A stretch of 63,985 nucleotides of DNA, counting the filler, from Globobulimina sp. (lineage: Eukaryota): the NCBI GenBank assembly GCA_003354225.1. It is 45 parts of 45 records of this genome, joined end to end, with 100 filler letters (N's around TTAATTAATTAA, not from the genome) between each part and the next. Parts side by side here need not be neighbours in the genome. Positions count along the whole stretch, not along the records: positions 1 to 1,325 come from PIVH01018615.1; positions 1,426 to 2,750 come from PIVH01018616.1; positions 2,851 to 4,175 come from PIVH01018617.1; positions 4,276 to 5,600 come from PIVH01018618.1; positions 5,701 to 7,025 come from PIVH01018619.1; positions 7,126 to 8,450 come from PIVH01018620.1; positions 8,551 to 9,875 come from PIVH01018621.1; positions 9,976 to 11,300 come from PIVH01018622.1; 37 more parts are not named here. The stretch is one strand, 5' to 3'. The position numbers and the translations under genes are program-made. Under the pieces are notes generated by a model. The model saw nothing but the letters and a program-made list of their open reading frames with translations, did not search any database and was not told the DNA's origin. Shown one piece after another: positions 1 to 11,400 of this stretch; positions within the stretch are counted from its first letter, which is position 1, and each line of letters begins with the position of its first letter.

Positions 1-2
1 AA

Positions 3-233
3 GGAAGTGTTGATGGCTCAGATTGGGAGCTTCTCAAAAAACATACAAATGATACAACAATTAAGGCAGCAAAACAATGTCATTCATGGGACATTTCAAA
101 TTGTAATAAATCATATAGAATGTTCAGAATATATATCACAGGAAAGAATTCAGGATATTATATATTTGGTGGTACTTATCACATAAAATGTCATGGATTT
201 GAGATTTATGGTCTTTCAACAACTCAAAACTAA
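3..233 (+). CDS. 3' end of a galactose-binding-like (SUN / F5-8 type C) domain protein, HECTD1-like domain
   Basis: Frame 3 reads GSVDGSDWELLKKHTND...YRMFRIYITGKNSG...CHGFEIYG, ending in TAA at 231-233; not in the ORF track. Confidence 0.65.
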   Translation, partial: GSVDGSDWELLKKHTNDTTIKAAKQCHSWDISNCNKSYRMFRIYITGKNSGYYIFGGTYHIKCHGFEIYGLSTTQN

Positions 234-436
234 ACATCAACAATAATTTAATATATATTGTAAATATAGTACCATTTATACAGAAAAACGCAATTAATTT
301 ATCCTTGCACAATACGGAAAAAACCTTTCAATTAAGTAAAAAATATTCGGTCATAATAAGTAAGTAAATAAATTTTGTGGTTACATGCAACATTTGTTTA
401 TTTATTCACGATGCGGACGAACAAAGTGAATGGAAT

Positions 437-1325
437 ATGATATTATCACTAAACGATGAGCAGAGGGACATGACCTCGACACATTTGAGCCAATCCAAAC
501 ATGCATATACAGCCAGCAAATATAAAATAGCAAATAACGCATTGACGAAATCAATATTGAGAATCCAGAAAGCATTGACAATTGGTGTTCGAACTGGTGT
601 GACTCAAACAGTGGACTCAGCCACCTACATAGTTCTGGGATCTTTCATGGTCATTGCTTCCAATGTTGTGATGACTCGTCGCACCATCGCTGACATTGCG
701 GCTGAACCAACACTCAAAAGCGTAGCCACAGCACCTTTGAGAATTCCTCTTTGGGCGTGTATGATTTTGGTGGGAGGTGCATTGGGCGGCGCATATGTCA
801 TCGCAGCGGTGCCCATTCAGACTGTTGGCACTGCCGGTTTTTACATATATGATGGAAGGCAGACAGACGATGTCATGGATTGGCGTGGTTGGACCAGTAT
901 GTTGCCGACATTTCGAGGAGTGATAGATTGGATAACTGAGGAATACGTTGCGCAAAAAGCAGTGGTACTGTTCAAAAAAGAGCACTCTTTGAAGGAAAGG
1001 AAAGAGGAATCCAATAGAATTTTGACTAAATATCCGAATCGAATACCTGTTGAGTAATATCAATATGTGGCAGTTGTTGTGGATTATTTGTGAGCCGCAG
1101 CCACGTGCTTATATTCCAGGGGAAAACATAAAAAAAAAATATTTGGTGCCAGCAGATCTAAGTGTTGGCCAATTTGTTTATGTGATTCGGAAACGATTAC
1201 AGGTGGCACCGGAAGAAGCCATATTTTGTTTTGTAAACAATACATTGCCTTCGACCGCAAAGGTGATGTCTGAAATATATGCAGAGTATAAGGACGAAGA
1301 CGGATTTTTATACACTTCATATTGA
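437..1325 (+). CDS. ATG8: ATG8/GABARAP-family ubiquitin-like domain with a long hydrophobic N-terminal extension; short intron from 1048
   Basis: [26 protein letters not shown], then IICE...[23 protein letters not shown]...[11 protein letters not shown]...YKDEDGFLY. The start codon is uncertain. Confidence 0.85.
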
Positions 1326-1425
1326 NNNNNNNNNNNNNNNNNNNNNNNNNNNNNNNNNNNNNNNNNNNNTTAATTAATTAANNNNNNNNNNNNNNNNNNN
1401 NNNNNNNNNNNNNNNNNNNNNNNNN
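1326..1425. other. Artificial contig linker N44-TTAATTAATTAA-N44 (first of 44, recurring every ~1424 bp)
   Basis: Identical 100-nt spacer with stops in all six frames; flanking contigs are 1325, then 1324, then 1323 bp (length-sorted). Confidence 0.99.
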
Positions 1426-1822
1426 GACAAATGTCCAGCAAATATCTTATTATTGTTTCTATCTGACAGTATATCGTTGCCATACGACGGTGTATTGTTT
1501 CTATTTGTCCATATTATATTTGCAAATTAATGGTATTTTCAGTACGCATATTATTATTCTATGTACAATTTCGTTTTTCGTGATACAAAAACAGAGTTCC
1601 CAATTTAAGGTTTGCGGGATGACTCCGAAATTTTATGTCATATGTTATTTGTTTGGTCTGTCTTTTTATTTGTTTTCAGATTGCTTGGATAACCACACCC
1701 AGCCCCTTTGTATACATTTCATGCAATTAGAATTTGCAAACTCTCAGTTTGAATTAAGAAAATATTGATAAATATATACACAGTATAACAACAATATAAT
1801 TTATACAGATGAACAAGCCAAT

Positions 1823-2750
1823 TTATGCTTCGTTTCTGTTACCCACAGGAGGATAAATATGAGCTACATCATAATCAACTCGCACTACGGTCCCATTTTT
1901 AGTGAAAAACGTTACCCACTGTTCTATTTGATTCCGATTGGTTGTAATTGCTTTCAATCCAATTTCATTCTCAAATTCTAATTGATATGGTGATGTAATG
2001 CCTGAATCAACAATGTTAAGTATTTGTAATGTACTGGGTATGTTTACAAGTCTTGTTACATATTTGCAGCCTTCCATAGCAAAGTACTTTGCCATTGTAA
2101 GAGTAGAATTACATGCAATGAAATCGATAACTCCTTGAATTGGATTATTAGAAACATCCACCACCTCCAAAGCGATCGACATACCAAATGTTTCATCATC
2201 TAACCGTGTAAACTTATTATCGGCAATCGACAAACATTCAATACTACCAAATAAAAACTTTTGTAACGAATATAAATTATTACCGTTTAATTCAACCTCA
2301 GAGAATGCTGGAAAGTCAGGCCCAGGAATTTTAAGTGCATGGTCAGCAAATTCCAAATATTGTAACACGTCTTGGTTTAAATACCATTTATTGTTTAACG
2401 TTAAAACCACACCGAGATCCCACTGACATTCTATTATTTCTCTAATCAGTGAAGGAATGATGTTGGAACAGGTTGTTTTGATTTGCCTTTTGAAATTCTG
2501 ATCAAAATGTAATCTTTTTGCGGTGCGTGCAATTGTACCATTTTGTTTTTCTTCTCTCATGAATGCAGTTATTAATCGTGCGTAATCCTGTGAGCGTAAT
2601 GTAGTATTTCCAGTTCCTAAATCTCTTTGTTTCATTTCAGACTCTGCCGCTTTCCTAAAACGAATGTTTCCATGATGTAAATATATGTTTACTAATTCAT
2701 CGGATGGTAACCATTGATAGATGTGACTCAATAAATCATCTGTTACTTGC
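1823..2750 (-). CDS. F-box-like plus leucine-rich-repeat protein, 5' truncated
   Basis: N-terminal TDDLLSHIYQWLPSDELV (F-box-like); LRR motifs VELNGNNL, LSIADNKF, VDVSNNPI. Confidence 0.6.
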
Positions 2751-2850
2751 NNNNNNNNNNNNNNNNNNNNNNNNNNNNNNNNNNNNNNNNNNNNTTAATT
2801 AATTAANNNNNNNNNNNNNNNNNNNNNNNNNNNNNNNNNNNNNNNNNNNN

Positions 2851-3993
2851 CAATGTACTAACCATTAGTAAAAAGAAACCAGCATAAATTAGTGGAATAC
2901 CGGGATCTGATTTAATTTGGAGTCCCGTTGAACTAATTATATCTGTTAATGTAATTGGAAAGTTCGAATTAAACGTTTCATTTAATTCAAGATTACCTAA
3001 AAAGGTTCCTGTATCATTATAAATTGACGCATAACCTTCTAAGTTATCAACTAATACAGTAACACCTGTTTTCAATTCCGAATCAAATGGAATCCAAGTC
3101 AACCAAACTTTACTTCTGTTATTTAAGACACTAACTAATGGATATTGAAATGGGGTTTCATCATTTGTTTGAGCACGTAAACCAATTAAATTCCAATCAG
3201 TTTGATAATAATCAACTCCTTCGTATTTAATAGGAGAATTCACAAAAATTGTTTTTCGCTTAATTTCACTTCCGTCAACATTTAAAATTGAAATATCTGA
3301 ATAAAATTGAGAAACTGTCGTTTGTTTTGTATATGTAATCCAAAAATCATTAACACGTGCAGATACATTTGGTATTTTTGTTAATTGCCCATTACTTAAT
3401 ACATTTTGAATATGAAATGTTTCAGTCTTTGGAACAATTTCTTGTGCCTTAAATCCATTTAATGAACCAAAGACAGCTCCTAACAAAATAAGAATCATAC
3501 TAAAGTGAACAATAATTGGCGCAATTCGCCCAATTAAACCTTTATAACAATACGCAATGTCTTTTTGTTGAAAAATTGAATACTGACTTTCTTTGATTCG
3601 AAAGAGTAATTTAGTCAGTGATAAATGCTGTAATTTAGTTGAAATATTTAATAAACGAAATTGATTTGTTAAACGAAAAAATTGACAGCGTTTCGCGATT
3701 TTTAAAGATGGAAGTTGTTGTAAAAACGTGCAAGTTAATAAACTAATCCCAAACAATAAAATGAAGGTTATAAACCACCACGTGGTGTAAACATGATCAA
3801 ACCCAAATTTTAATATAATATCCCACGATAAAAACCCAAAAACTCGATTTGTCAAAGGGTAATTTAATTTATATGTTTCAATAGATTGGTCTTGTTCAAT
3901 AACTGTCCCAATAATACTAGCGGATGCGATAATCAGAAGGATTGTAATTGCAAAACGTAAATCTGCAATAATTTTAAAAATACTTTGTCTCAT
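2851..3993 (-). CDS. ccs1: Plastid cytochrome c biogenesis protein Ccs1 (ycf44), diatom/red-lineage type, 3' truncated
   Basis: ADLRFAITILLIIASASIIGTVIEQ, DHVYTTWWF, KGLIGRIAPIIVHFSMILILLG, QFYSDISI, YQTDW, STGLQIKSDPG; no introns. Confidence 0.95.
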
Positions 3994-4001
3994 TGATAAT
4001 T

Positions 4002-4175
4002 TTAATTAGTCGTATTAGTTTTTGAAGATGCTAAACGAATCCGTCCGGATGAAGCCCAATTTTGAAGTTTAAGAGTTTGATTATTTTCTAATTGAGCTAA
4101 AGGAATTAATTCATTTAAAGCTAAACAGATATCGTCAGTGGTAAATTCACGTTCTTCATCAAATGCATGATACAT
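4002..4175 (-). CDS. ycf46: Plastid Ycf46 (AAA ATPase), 3' end
   Basis: MYHAFDEEREFTTDDICLALNELIPLAQ...LQNWASSGRIRLAS; stop lies 8 bp before the ccs1 start. Confidence 0.88.
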   Translation of the reverse strand: MYHAFDEEREFTTDDICLALNELIPLAQLENNQTLKLQNWASSGRIRLASSKTNTTN

Positions 4176-4762
4176 NNNNNNNNNNNNNNNNNNNNNNNNN
4201 NNNNNNNNNNNNNNNNNNNTTAATTAATTAANNNNNNNNNNNNNNNNNNNNNNNNNNNNNNNNNNNNNNNNNNNNTTATCGTAACAAAGTACTATTCACC
4301 GACAGTGAATGACGTAATTAAAAGATATATTAAAATTGCCGTATCTACAAATCGACGTGCGTTTGATGATTGGGAATTGGACCCAAATCTTCTTTAATAA
4401 GATGCTCTTCTTGAGCTATCATCAGTATTTGGATACGAATAAATCAGAAATTTATTGAAAATTCCATGGATCTACATTACATAATATTGATGAAGACAAT
4501 GTCTTAAAAATGGGCGATTGTAATACATTGATTTACTTTTCCAACTCAGAACCCATTGTTTAAATGTTTTTTAAATGTTTTGATCTTTACTTAAAAACTT
4601 CTTCCACTTCCTAATCACTTCCTAATTAACTAAAAACCACAGAGAACATTACAGGAGTATTCTTAATTGTATTTTGTGATGCGGCTCAAATAATGTTTCG
4701 CTAGATCCATCATTAAAAGTTTTTTAGCTTGAAGTTGATTTTTAATTTAAAAAACAGTAATA

Positions 4763-5519
4763 ATGAATTCACCACTAACAACTCCAATAGTTACCCCAAT
4801 GATTACCCCAATGATTACCCCAGAAGTAGCCCCAGTGTCACCAAGCGATAAACAGGAAAAAGCCCTATTACCTATCCATATCGATATCGGTGCACACACA
4901 AATGCAACAAAAGATAAAACAGATCTAGACCTAAAAGTAATGACGCCGCAAATATCAGCCATTGAGCGATGGTCCTACGACGAAGGCGCCGATGTAGAAA
5001 CATTAGACGCATCCGATGGCCGTACATATACATTTCGAAAACAAAACCAAACAGCACGAAAAATATACTTTTCAATGAAAATAAAACGTTTCAGTGATAT
5101 TGATAATGTACGCGAATCATTCCGAGTACGCTTTCATTTATATCTAAATTGGATCATTACACAAAAAGAATATGAAAACTATATAAAATTTAAAAAAGCG
5201 GCAGCAAAAAATAAAAAACGTATGAAATGGGAACCAAAGTTCAAACCAAGGATAGAATTTGTTAATAACGTATGACTATGACATAGTTTATAATTTGATG
5301 TCTAATAATTTTATAATTGTATAGGTGGAAGAACATCATTTCGAAGCAGTGGATTACCCACCGGATGGCGCGTATCGTGTGCAAGTTTTTACAAATTGGA
5401 TGGACGCGGCCGAGTGTGGCTTTGCTTGCCGTGAGACCTTATTTTGTCGACAAAAATTAGAATGTGACTACACTTTCAGTGAACAAATGGAATTACGAAG
5501 TTTCCCTTTTGATTGCCAG
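4763..5519 (+). CDS. Pentameric ligand-gated ion channel (Cys/Pro-loop) ligand-binding domain, partial; intron 5270-5324
   Basis: IKRFSDIDNVRESFRVRFHLYLNW, PRIEFVN, MELRSFPFDCQ; the GT..AG intron joins the frames; next donor GTAAGT at 5520. Confidence 0.75.
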
Positions 5520-5700
5520 GTAAGTTGACGTACACTTTTTTTACAGAACTAATTCAGCGAAAAGCACACACGAAATGTATTTGTTTGTTGAGGACTTTAC
5601 NNNNNNNNNNNNNNNNNNNNNNNNNNNNNNNNNNNNNNNNNNNNTTAATTAATTAANNNNNNNNNNNNNNNNNNNNNNNNNNNNNNNNNNNNNNNNNNNN

Positions 5701-5864
5701 CATATTATATATTCGGAGGAGGCATTGCACCGTAGGAGGGAGAGACGGTGGGTGCATCATATTATATATTCGGAGGAGGCATTGCACCGTAGGAGGGAGA
5801 GACGGTGATGCTTTTTATTATATATTGGGTTGGAAAGCGAGCATTGCACCGTACGCAAGGGATT
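5701..5864 (+). repeat. Left tandem array of a 57-bp hairpin-containing unit (two copies plus one degenerate)
   Basis: Unit CATATTATATATTCGGAGGAGGCATTGCACCGTAGGAGGGAGAGACGGTGGGTGCAT; runs off the contig edge. Confidence 0.95.
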
Positions 5865-5923
5865 CAAACAAAGCATTTGCTGTTTTTTTATATTTATTAT
5901 TTTTAATTTAAACAATTTAAATA

Positions 5924-6652
5924 TCACTCAACAATAAGGTCATCCTCATTTTCGTCATCAAGCGGCAATAATATTTGTTGCTGTTCTTTTCTTTTATTTT
6001 TCTTCTTTAGACCTCTCAAATTTGCAGAATTTTCTACAAACCTGAGTGGAAATGGAGAGTTATTAAACTGTTTTTTTATTTCCATTGATGTTCTTGTTAC
6101 TAACTCACCAGTTTTTAATGATTGTTGTATATCTTGTTTCATTAGTTTGCTTAAAATCTCAACGAATATGTTACACTTTCCAATATCTCCTTCATCATCC
6201 AATTTGCTTAAAGGCAGATTCACAATTCCGTGATTCCGATCACTTTGTTTATAATTTGTTTTACGTATAAGACGTTTACAAAAAGCAACATCATATCTTG
6301 ATTGTATTTGTATATTATGGACACGAATCATGCGGTTATTAAAGCCTGCCAATGGTCTTTTTCTACATCTTGTTGTCCAACGATTTTTTCTCTGTTTATT
6401 CATAACATATCCTGTTCTTTGTTTTAACTCTCTTCTCCGTTGTTCCCATTGTTTTATTCGCATTTGTTTTGATTTCAGCTTATTAATCCTTACGGTATAA
6501 TTGTCACCTTTTGACCATATTCCAAATGTTATTTGTCCACTCGCAGTTTCAACACTCGGAGAAACGTTTTCTTCATTTTCATCATCAGAAAGTTGTAGAG
6601 CGTTTCTTCTCGGTTTACCGTATCGTCCACTAGTTGGCCATGGTGTTGACAT
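5924..6652 (-). CDS. Hypothetical basic protein (~242 aa), intronless
   Basis: Complete ORF, K/R-rich with acidic patches near both ends; no family recognised. Confidence 0.6.
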   Translation of the reverse strand: MSTPWPTSGRYGKPRRNALQLSDDENEENVSPSVETASGQITFGIWSKGDNYTVRINKLKSKQMRIKQWEQRRRELKQRTGYVMNKQRKNRWTTRCRKRPLAGFNNRMIRVHNIQIQSRYDVAFCKRLIRKTNYKQSDRNHGIVNLPLSKLDDEGDIGKCNIFVEILSKLMKQDIQQSLKTGELVTRTSMEIKKQFNNSPFPLRFVENSANLRGLKKKNKRKEQQQILLPLDDENEDDLIVE

Positions 6653-6877
6653 CAAAGAATGATATGTTGTTTCCAGAGCAATGAAAACATTAAATACAAA
6701 AACTCACTCCGAGGTGACCTCAGCATAAACGCACAAACTAATCACAAGAACATGAAAATATTTGTATTTAATATAAAACATAAGCACACGCACAATAAAA
6801 TCACTTGTCAATCCACCTTATAATTGGTGCAATTCATCGCTTGTTTGGTATAATTGGTGCAATTGTGTACCGTACAA

Positions 6878-7025
6878 TGCATCACCGTCTCCCCCTCCTA
6901 CGGTGCAATGCCTTCCTCCGAATATAGAATAAAAAGCATCACCGTCTCTCCCTCCTACGGTGCAATGCCTCCTCCGAATATATAATATGATGCACCCACC
7001 GTCTCTCCCTCCTACGGTGCAATGC
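6878..7025 (-). repeat. Right array of the same 57-bp unit in inverted orientation
   Basis: The reverse complement of 6928-7025 is identical to 5722-5819; runs off the contig edge. Confidence 0.95.
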
Positions 7026-7125
7026 NNNNNNNNNNNNNNNNNNNNNNNNNNNNNNNNNNNNNNNNNNNNTTAATTAATTAANNNNNNNNNNNNNNNNNNN
7101 NNNNNNNNNNNNNNNNNNNNNNNNN

Positions 7126-7978
7126 TCGAAGGAAAAATCAAAAAAATCAGTTAAATCGCCAACATCTTTGTAAGTACGGATAGTTTCTTCAATATCACCA
7201 TCTTCCAAAGTTATTACGTCGCCCATTCCATTAAAGACATAATTTCCTAAAATAATTTGTGGGAAAATATAGTTTAAAAATGAACCTGGCGCAGATTCTA
7301 AATACAAATTCGAAGTGGATGGGAATAATGCGGTGATTTTTGAATCGTCTTCTTTATAAATTAACGAATGACGATGATATCCATCGAAATCTTTTATACC
7401 TCGCTCGACCGCATGACATATTTCTAGTAACTCTTCAGTTAATATATTATTTGTGTTTTTTGAATAAAAAAATACATTTAAATATATTGACGCGATCGCT
7501 CGATAATAAAAGTCTGAATTTGACCATAATGTATAGCCATAATATTGTTCGAGCCGCCTTCTTCTTATTCTTCTTCTTCCACTGCCTTCGCCATACTCCA
7601 ATGAGCTACACATTGTTTTAGCGAATTTGCGTATAAATTAACAAAAAATATAAATGTACTGTACCTAAATTTTGTGTCTTCTGCTAATGATTTTTGATAA
7701 AAATTGTTTGAAATATCACTATTAATTACCTTAAAATCACTGAAATTAAATGATAAACAAACAGGAAACAATGTGACATAAACTGCACATCCAACCATTA
7801 CAGCAATGATTGTCCAAAAACAACCACAACATCCTGCCGGAGATGCAACGCATGTGGCTATTCCCAGTGCTTTTAATTCTATTGAATGAACATCGCAGTC
7901 TTCTTCTTCTTCTTCTGCTTCTGCTTCAGGTGGATGATGGAACCCAATGGGATCAGAGTTGTTATCAATTCCAATCAT
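7126..7978 (-). CDS. Dispatched/Patched-like membrane protein, N-terminal part; intron 7606-7664
   Basis: First TM helix, RRRRL, then NVFFYSKNTNNILTEELLEICHAVERGI resembling the first luminal loop of Dispatched-like proteins; in-frame GT..AG intron. Confidence 0.55.
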
Positions 7979-8756
7979 TGTGAAGTTCAGTTGCAAGGAT
8001 GAGGACACGAAAAAACTTTACTAATTACTACCTCCCTTCAAAAAAACTTCAATATCTAAGATCACAACCAAAGCATATCCCACACAAGCATTTGCCGAAT
8101 CTGGTATGCGATGGGTGACCCACATTTTACTATGTACAAATTTTTTGGTGTCAATTCTCAAAAAAATCATATTTATATTTTTGCAAATACAAAATCCAAT
8201 TCATCTTGATTGGATGAATTGGAAATTAATTATTGGATTGTTATGATGATAGCACAGTGCATCGCCATTATTTATTGTTTTTGTTCTTCGAACTGACAGT
8301 TAACTCTCAGATATTTCTCCTTGCACACAAAAATTTATTCGTTTCTAAGAATAAAAATTAAACATAAACGCACAGCCTATAATTATGATGTTGATCATCA
8401 TCATATTCATCAAGTTGGTGATTGTAATCAAACTCTAATTTTTCTTTTTTNNNNNNNNNNNNNNNNNNNNNNNNNNNNNNNNNNNNNNNNNNNNTTAATT
8501 AATTAANNNNNNNNNNNNNNNNNNNNNNNNNNNNNNNNNNNNNNNNNNNNAGTCATCAAAATTATCATTTAAAAATTAAAAAATAACTACGCAAAAAACT
8601 TTGAAGTTCTTTGTCGAAAACCTCTGGGTCCAAAACAAAATGTTTTTTTAATGCTTCTTGCCTCCTGGGGACTTGCCTCTGTGCTTCTTGCCTTCAGGCT
8701 TCTTGCCTCTGGGTCTATCGACCCGCAATGCTACTGTGTTGCCCCCTACGATTGAT

Positions 8757-8790
8757 GATATGATCATAACCCCTCATATATATATATATA
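8757..8790 (+). repeat. 34-bp repeat GATATGATCATAACCCCTC(AT)n, with a direct copy at 9735-9768 and variants at 9702 and 9781
   Basis: Exact direct match by eye; palindromic TATGATCATA core. Confidence 0.9.
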
Positions 8791-8819
8791 GCATGCAGCA
8801 GATCGACCAGTAATAAATA

Positions 8820-9152
8820 TCATGCTTTTCTCATCGTCTTTTTTCTTTTTTTTTTCTCAGCGTCTTGTTTTTTTTTTAACAATCTAGAAGACTTAATATA
8901 GGCATCATTGATTTTAATTTCTTCGGCTGACGCAATGCCGAGAGTTTTCACGTTTTCCCAGTTACCGCGCGATAAAATTTTAACAACTGCATATATCTGC
9001 CTTGATTCATATGATCCTAATTTACTGGTATCATTTAATGTCGCTTTCATCCATGTATACACATTGGGATGATCTTTCTTAATAGGGTCAATTCTGGAAA
9101 CTCTTAGACCACAGTAAATATACTTTGGGTCATTAGATAAGTATGACATCAT
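8820..9152 (-). CDS. Hypothetical protein, paralog of the divergent neighbour; partial ASCH/PUA-like
   Basis: Shares IYC-x-(L/I)-x-V, I-x-A-x-V...W and EE-x-x-IND-x-YIK with the ORF at 9186. Confidence 0.55.
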   Translation of the reverse strand: MMSYLSNDPKYIYCGLRVSRIDPIKKDHPNVYTWMKATLNDTSKLGSYESRQIYAVVKILSRGNWENVKTLGIASAEEIKINDAYIKSSRLLKKKQDAEKKKRKKTMRKA

Positions 9153-9185
9153 TTGAAAACTTTAATCGAACTAAGCATATTTAAA

Positions 9186-9782
9186 ATGTCTGACAGTGGA
9201 GACGGCGACATTTTCAATGAAGAGGATGATTCAAAACAAAGCATTTACTGTGCAATTCAAGTCAACACGTCTAGTCTAAAATCGATTCTCGCCCTTGTTC
9301 AAGTAACTGGAGTAACAGAATGGAATAAATTAAAAAATGTAATCGAAGAGGAAGAAGTTATGATCAATGACAAATACATTAAGAATATAATACAGGGCGA
9401 AGATGAAAAAAAGAATTGTGTATTTTATGCATACGAATATGGAGAAATTATAGTATTAAACAAACCAGTCTCGCACACAAGTGCTGAATCAGAAGGATTC
9501 AGCCAATTAAATTTGGTAGATATACTTAATATAATCCGTGATAAAAAGATCGGTTTCAAATTTCTGGATAAAGTAATACGATTTTGTACATTATCTGCTG
9601 ATAAAATAGCATATGATCGCATGATTGGAGGTAAAAAACATTGTGAACTTCAAATGCAAAAACTGAATATTTTAGATCCTCATTGTAAAGTTAAGTGCAA
9701 GGATATGATCATAATCCTCATATATATGCGCAAGGATATGATCATAACCCCTCATATATATATATATATATATGTGCAATGA
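9186..9782 (+). CDS. ASCH/PUA-like domain protein; 3' end probably spliced near 9689
   Basis: ILALVQVTGV...FYAYEYGEIIVLNKPV and TLSADKIAYDRMIGGKKHCELQ (GxKxxE motif). The ORF tail runs into repeats after a GTTAAG candidate donor. Confidence 0.5.
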   Translation: MSDSGDGDIFNEEDDSKQSIYCAIQVNTSSLKSILALVQVTGVTEWNKLKNVIEEEEVMINDKYIKNIIQGEDEKKNCVFYAYEYGEIIVLNKPVSHTSAESEGFSQLNLVDILNIIRDKKIGFKFLDKVIRFCTLSADKIAYDRMIGGKKHCELQMQKLNILDPHCKVKCKDMIIILIYMRKDMIITPHIYIYIYVQ

Positions 9783-9975
9783 TATGATCATAACCCCTTG
9801 TAACATAGCTTTGTGATCATATCTAGTTTTGATCATATTATAATATCACAATATGATCATATATATATATGCAATNNNNNNNNNNNNNNNNNNNNNNNNN
9901 NNNNNNNNNNNNNNNNNNNTTAATTAATTAANNNNNNNNNNNNNNNNNNNNNNNNNNNNNNNNNNNNNNNNNNNN

Positions 9976-11011
9976 TTATGGATATCTTATGTTTGCCACC
10001 TGAGGCGGCACACCATTTAGTTTGAGAGACACAATGACTCAGACTCCAATTATGTATCTTATTATTATCATACACTGTAATGACATTATTGTCGATGCCG
10101 CACCATTCTGATGTTTTCCATGCATTGCTTTGACATTCTAACCTGTGCGCTTTTAATTTTTTTCGTTGTTTAAATGCAACTTTACTACAAATATTGCATT
10201 GGAATGGCAGCTTATTATGCTTCCTTTGTGTATGATTTGTGAGTCCACTTTGTGACGGAAATGATGATGTGCAATTATATGGACATTTAAATGGTGTCTC
10301 ACCTGAATGAGTTCGGGAATGTATAGTTAAGCTACCTTTACTCGCAAATGATTTGCCACAAATATTACATACATGGCCTGATCCCGGTGGCTTTAACTTA
10401 TTTTTTAGTTTATTTTGTGTAATTTGTGTAACAATAATTTCATTTGATGGCCATGGGTTATAATCTGAATCGGAATTACTATCACACTCATAATGAGAAT
10501 GAGTGATTATATGTCGATTTAAACGTTGTTTTGTGTCAAACGGTTTGAAACAATATTCGCATTTAAACTGTTTTTGTACACTATGAATGTGTTTATGTTG
10601 TATTAATTTATGAATTTGATTGAAGGTTTTCTCGCAAATATTACATGTAAATAAATGTTTATTTTTTGTCCGGATGCTACGTATTCTATAGAAATTCGTG
10701 GATTGTGTTGTATTTACTTGTTTTTCCTTATATTTGTGTGGATCTATGTTGATGTTTCTGATACATAATGCGTTTTTTACTGGTTTTGATGCTGTTGATG
10801 CAGTGGGCGTAATTTGAATCAACTTATTTTTAATAATAAGATCAATTTTGGCAAATTGTTGATCGTATTGTTGACGAATTTGGTTAGTGATAATTGATTT
10901 TTGTTGTAACAGTTGATTGATTCGATTCATATAATCAACATTTAATTTTTGTAGGGCTTCATCACGTTTTACTTTTAGCTGCGACTTGCATTGATACAAC
11001 CTTTGCAACAT
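9976..11011 (-). CDS. Multi-C2H2 zinc finger protein, partial
   Basis: Five CxxC...HxxxH-type fingers with an HSGETPFKC linker; N-terminal coiled coil. Confidence 0.9.
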
Positions 11012-11400
11012 AATATGCTGGGCGGTATTATATGTTATATATGCAACACTTAGAAAACTTCACAGTTCAACTTTAGACAATGCGTTCAGGTCACAAAATT
11101 TAAACTCGTCTGTGTTGTTGATGTGGTGTTGAATCATTGTAAACTCTGTTTTATCCTTTAAATATGGCATCAAATCAGCCTTATTTATAACCAAAACACC
11201 ATTATTTGATGTACAGATATGGCAATTTATGGGCGGATTCCATGACAATAGTTCATTGATAATAAATTGTCTTAAATTTGCATTTTTATTTTTATGACCT
11301 NNNNNNNNNNNNNNNNNNNNNNNNNNNNNNNNNNNNNNNNNNNNTTAATTAATTAANNNNNNNNNNNNNNNNNNNNNNNNNNNNNNNNNNNNNNNNNNNN

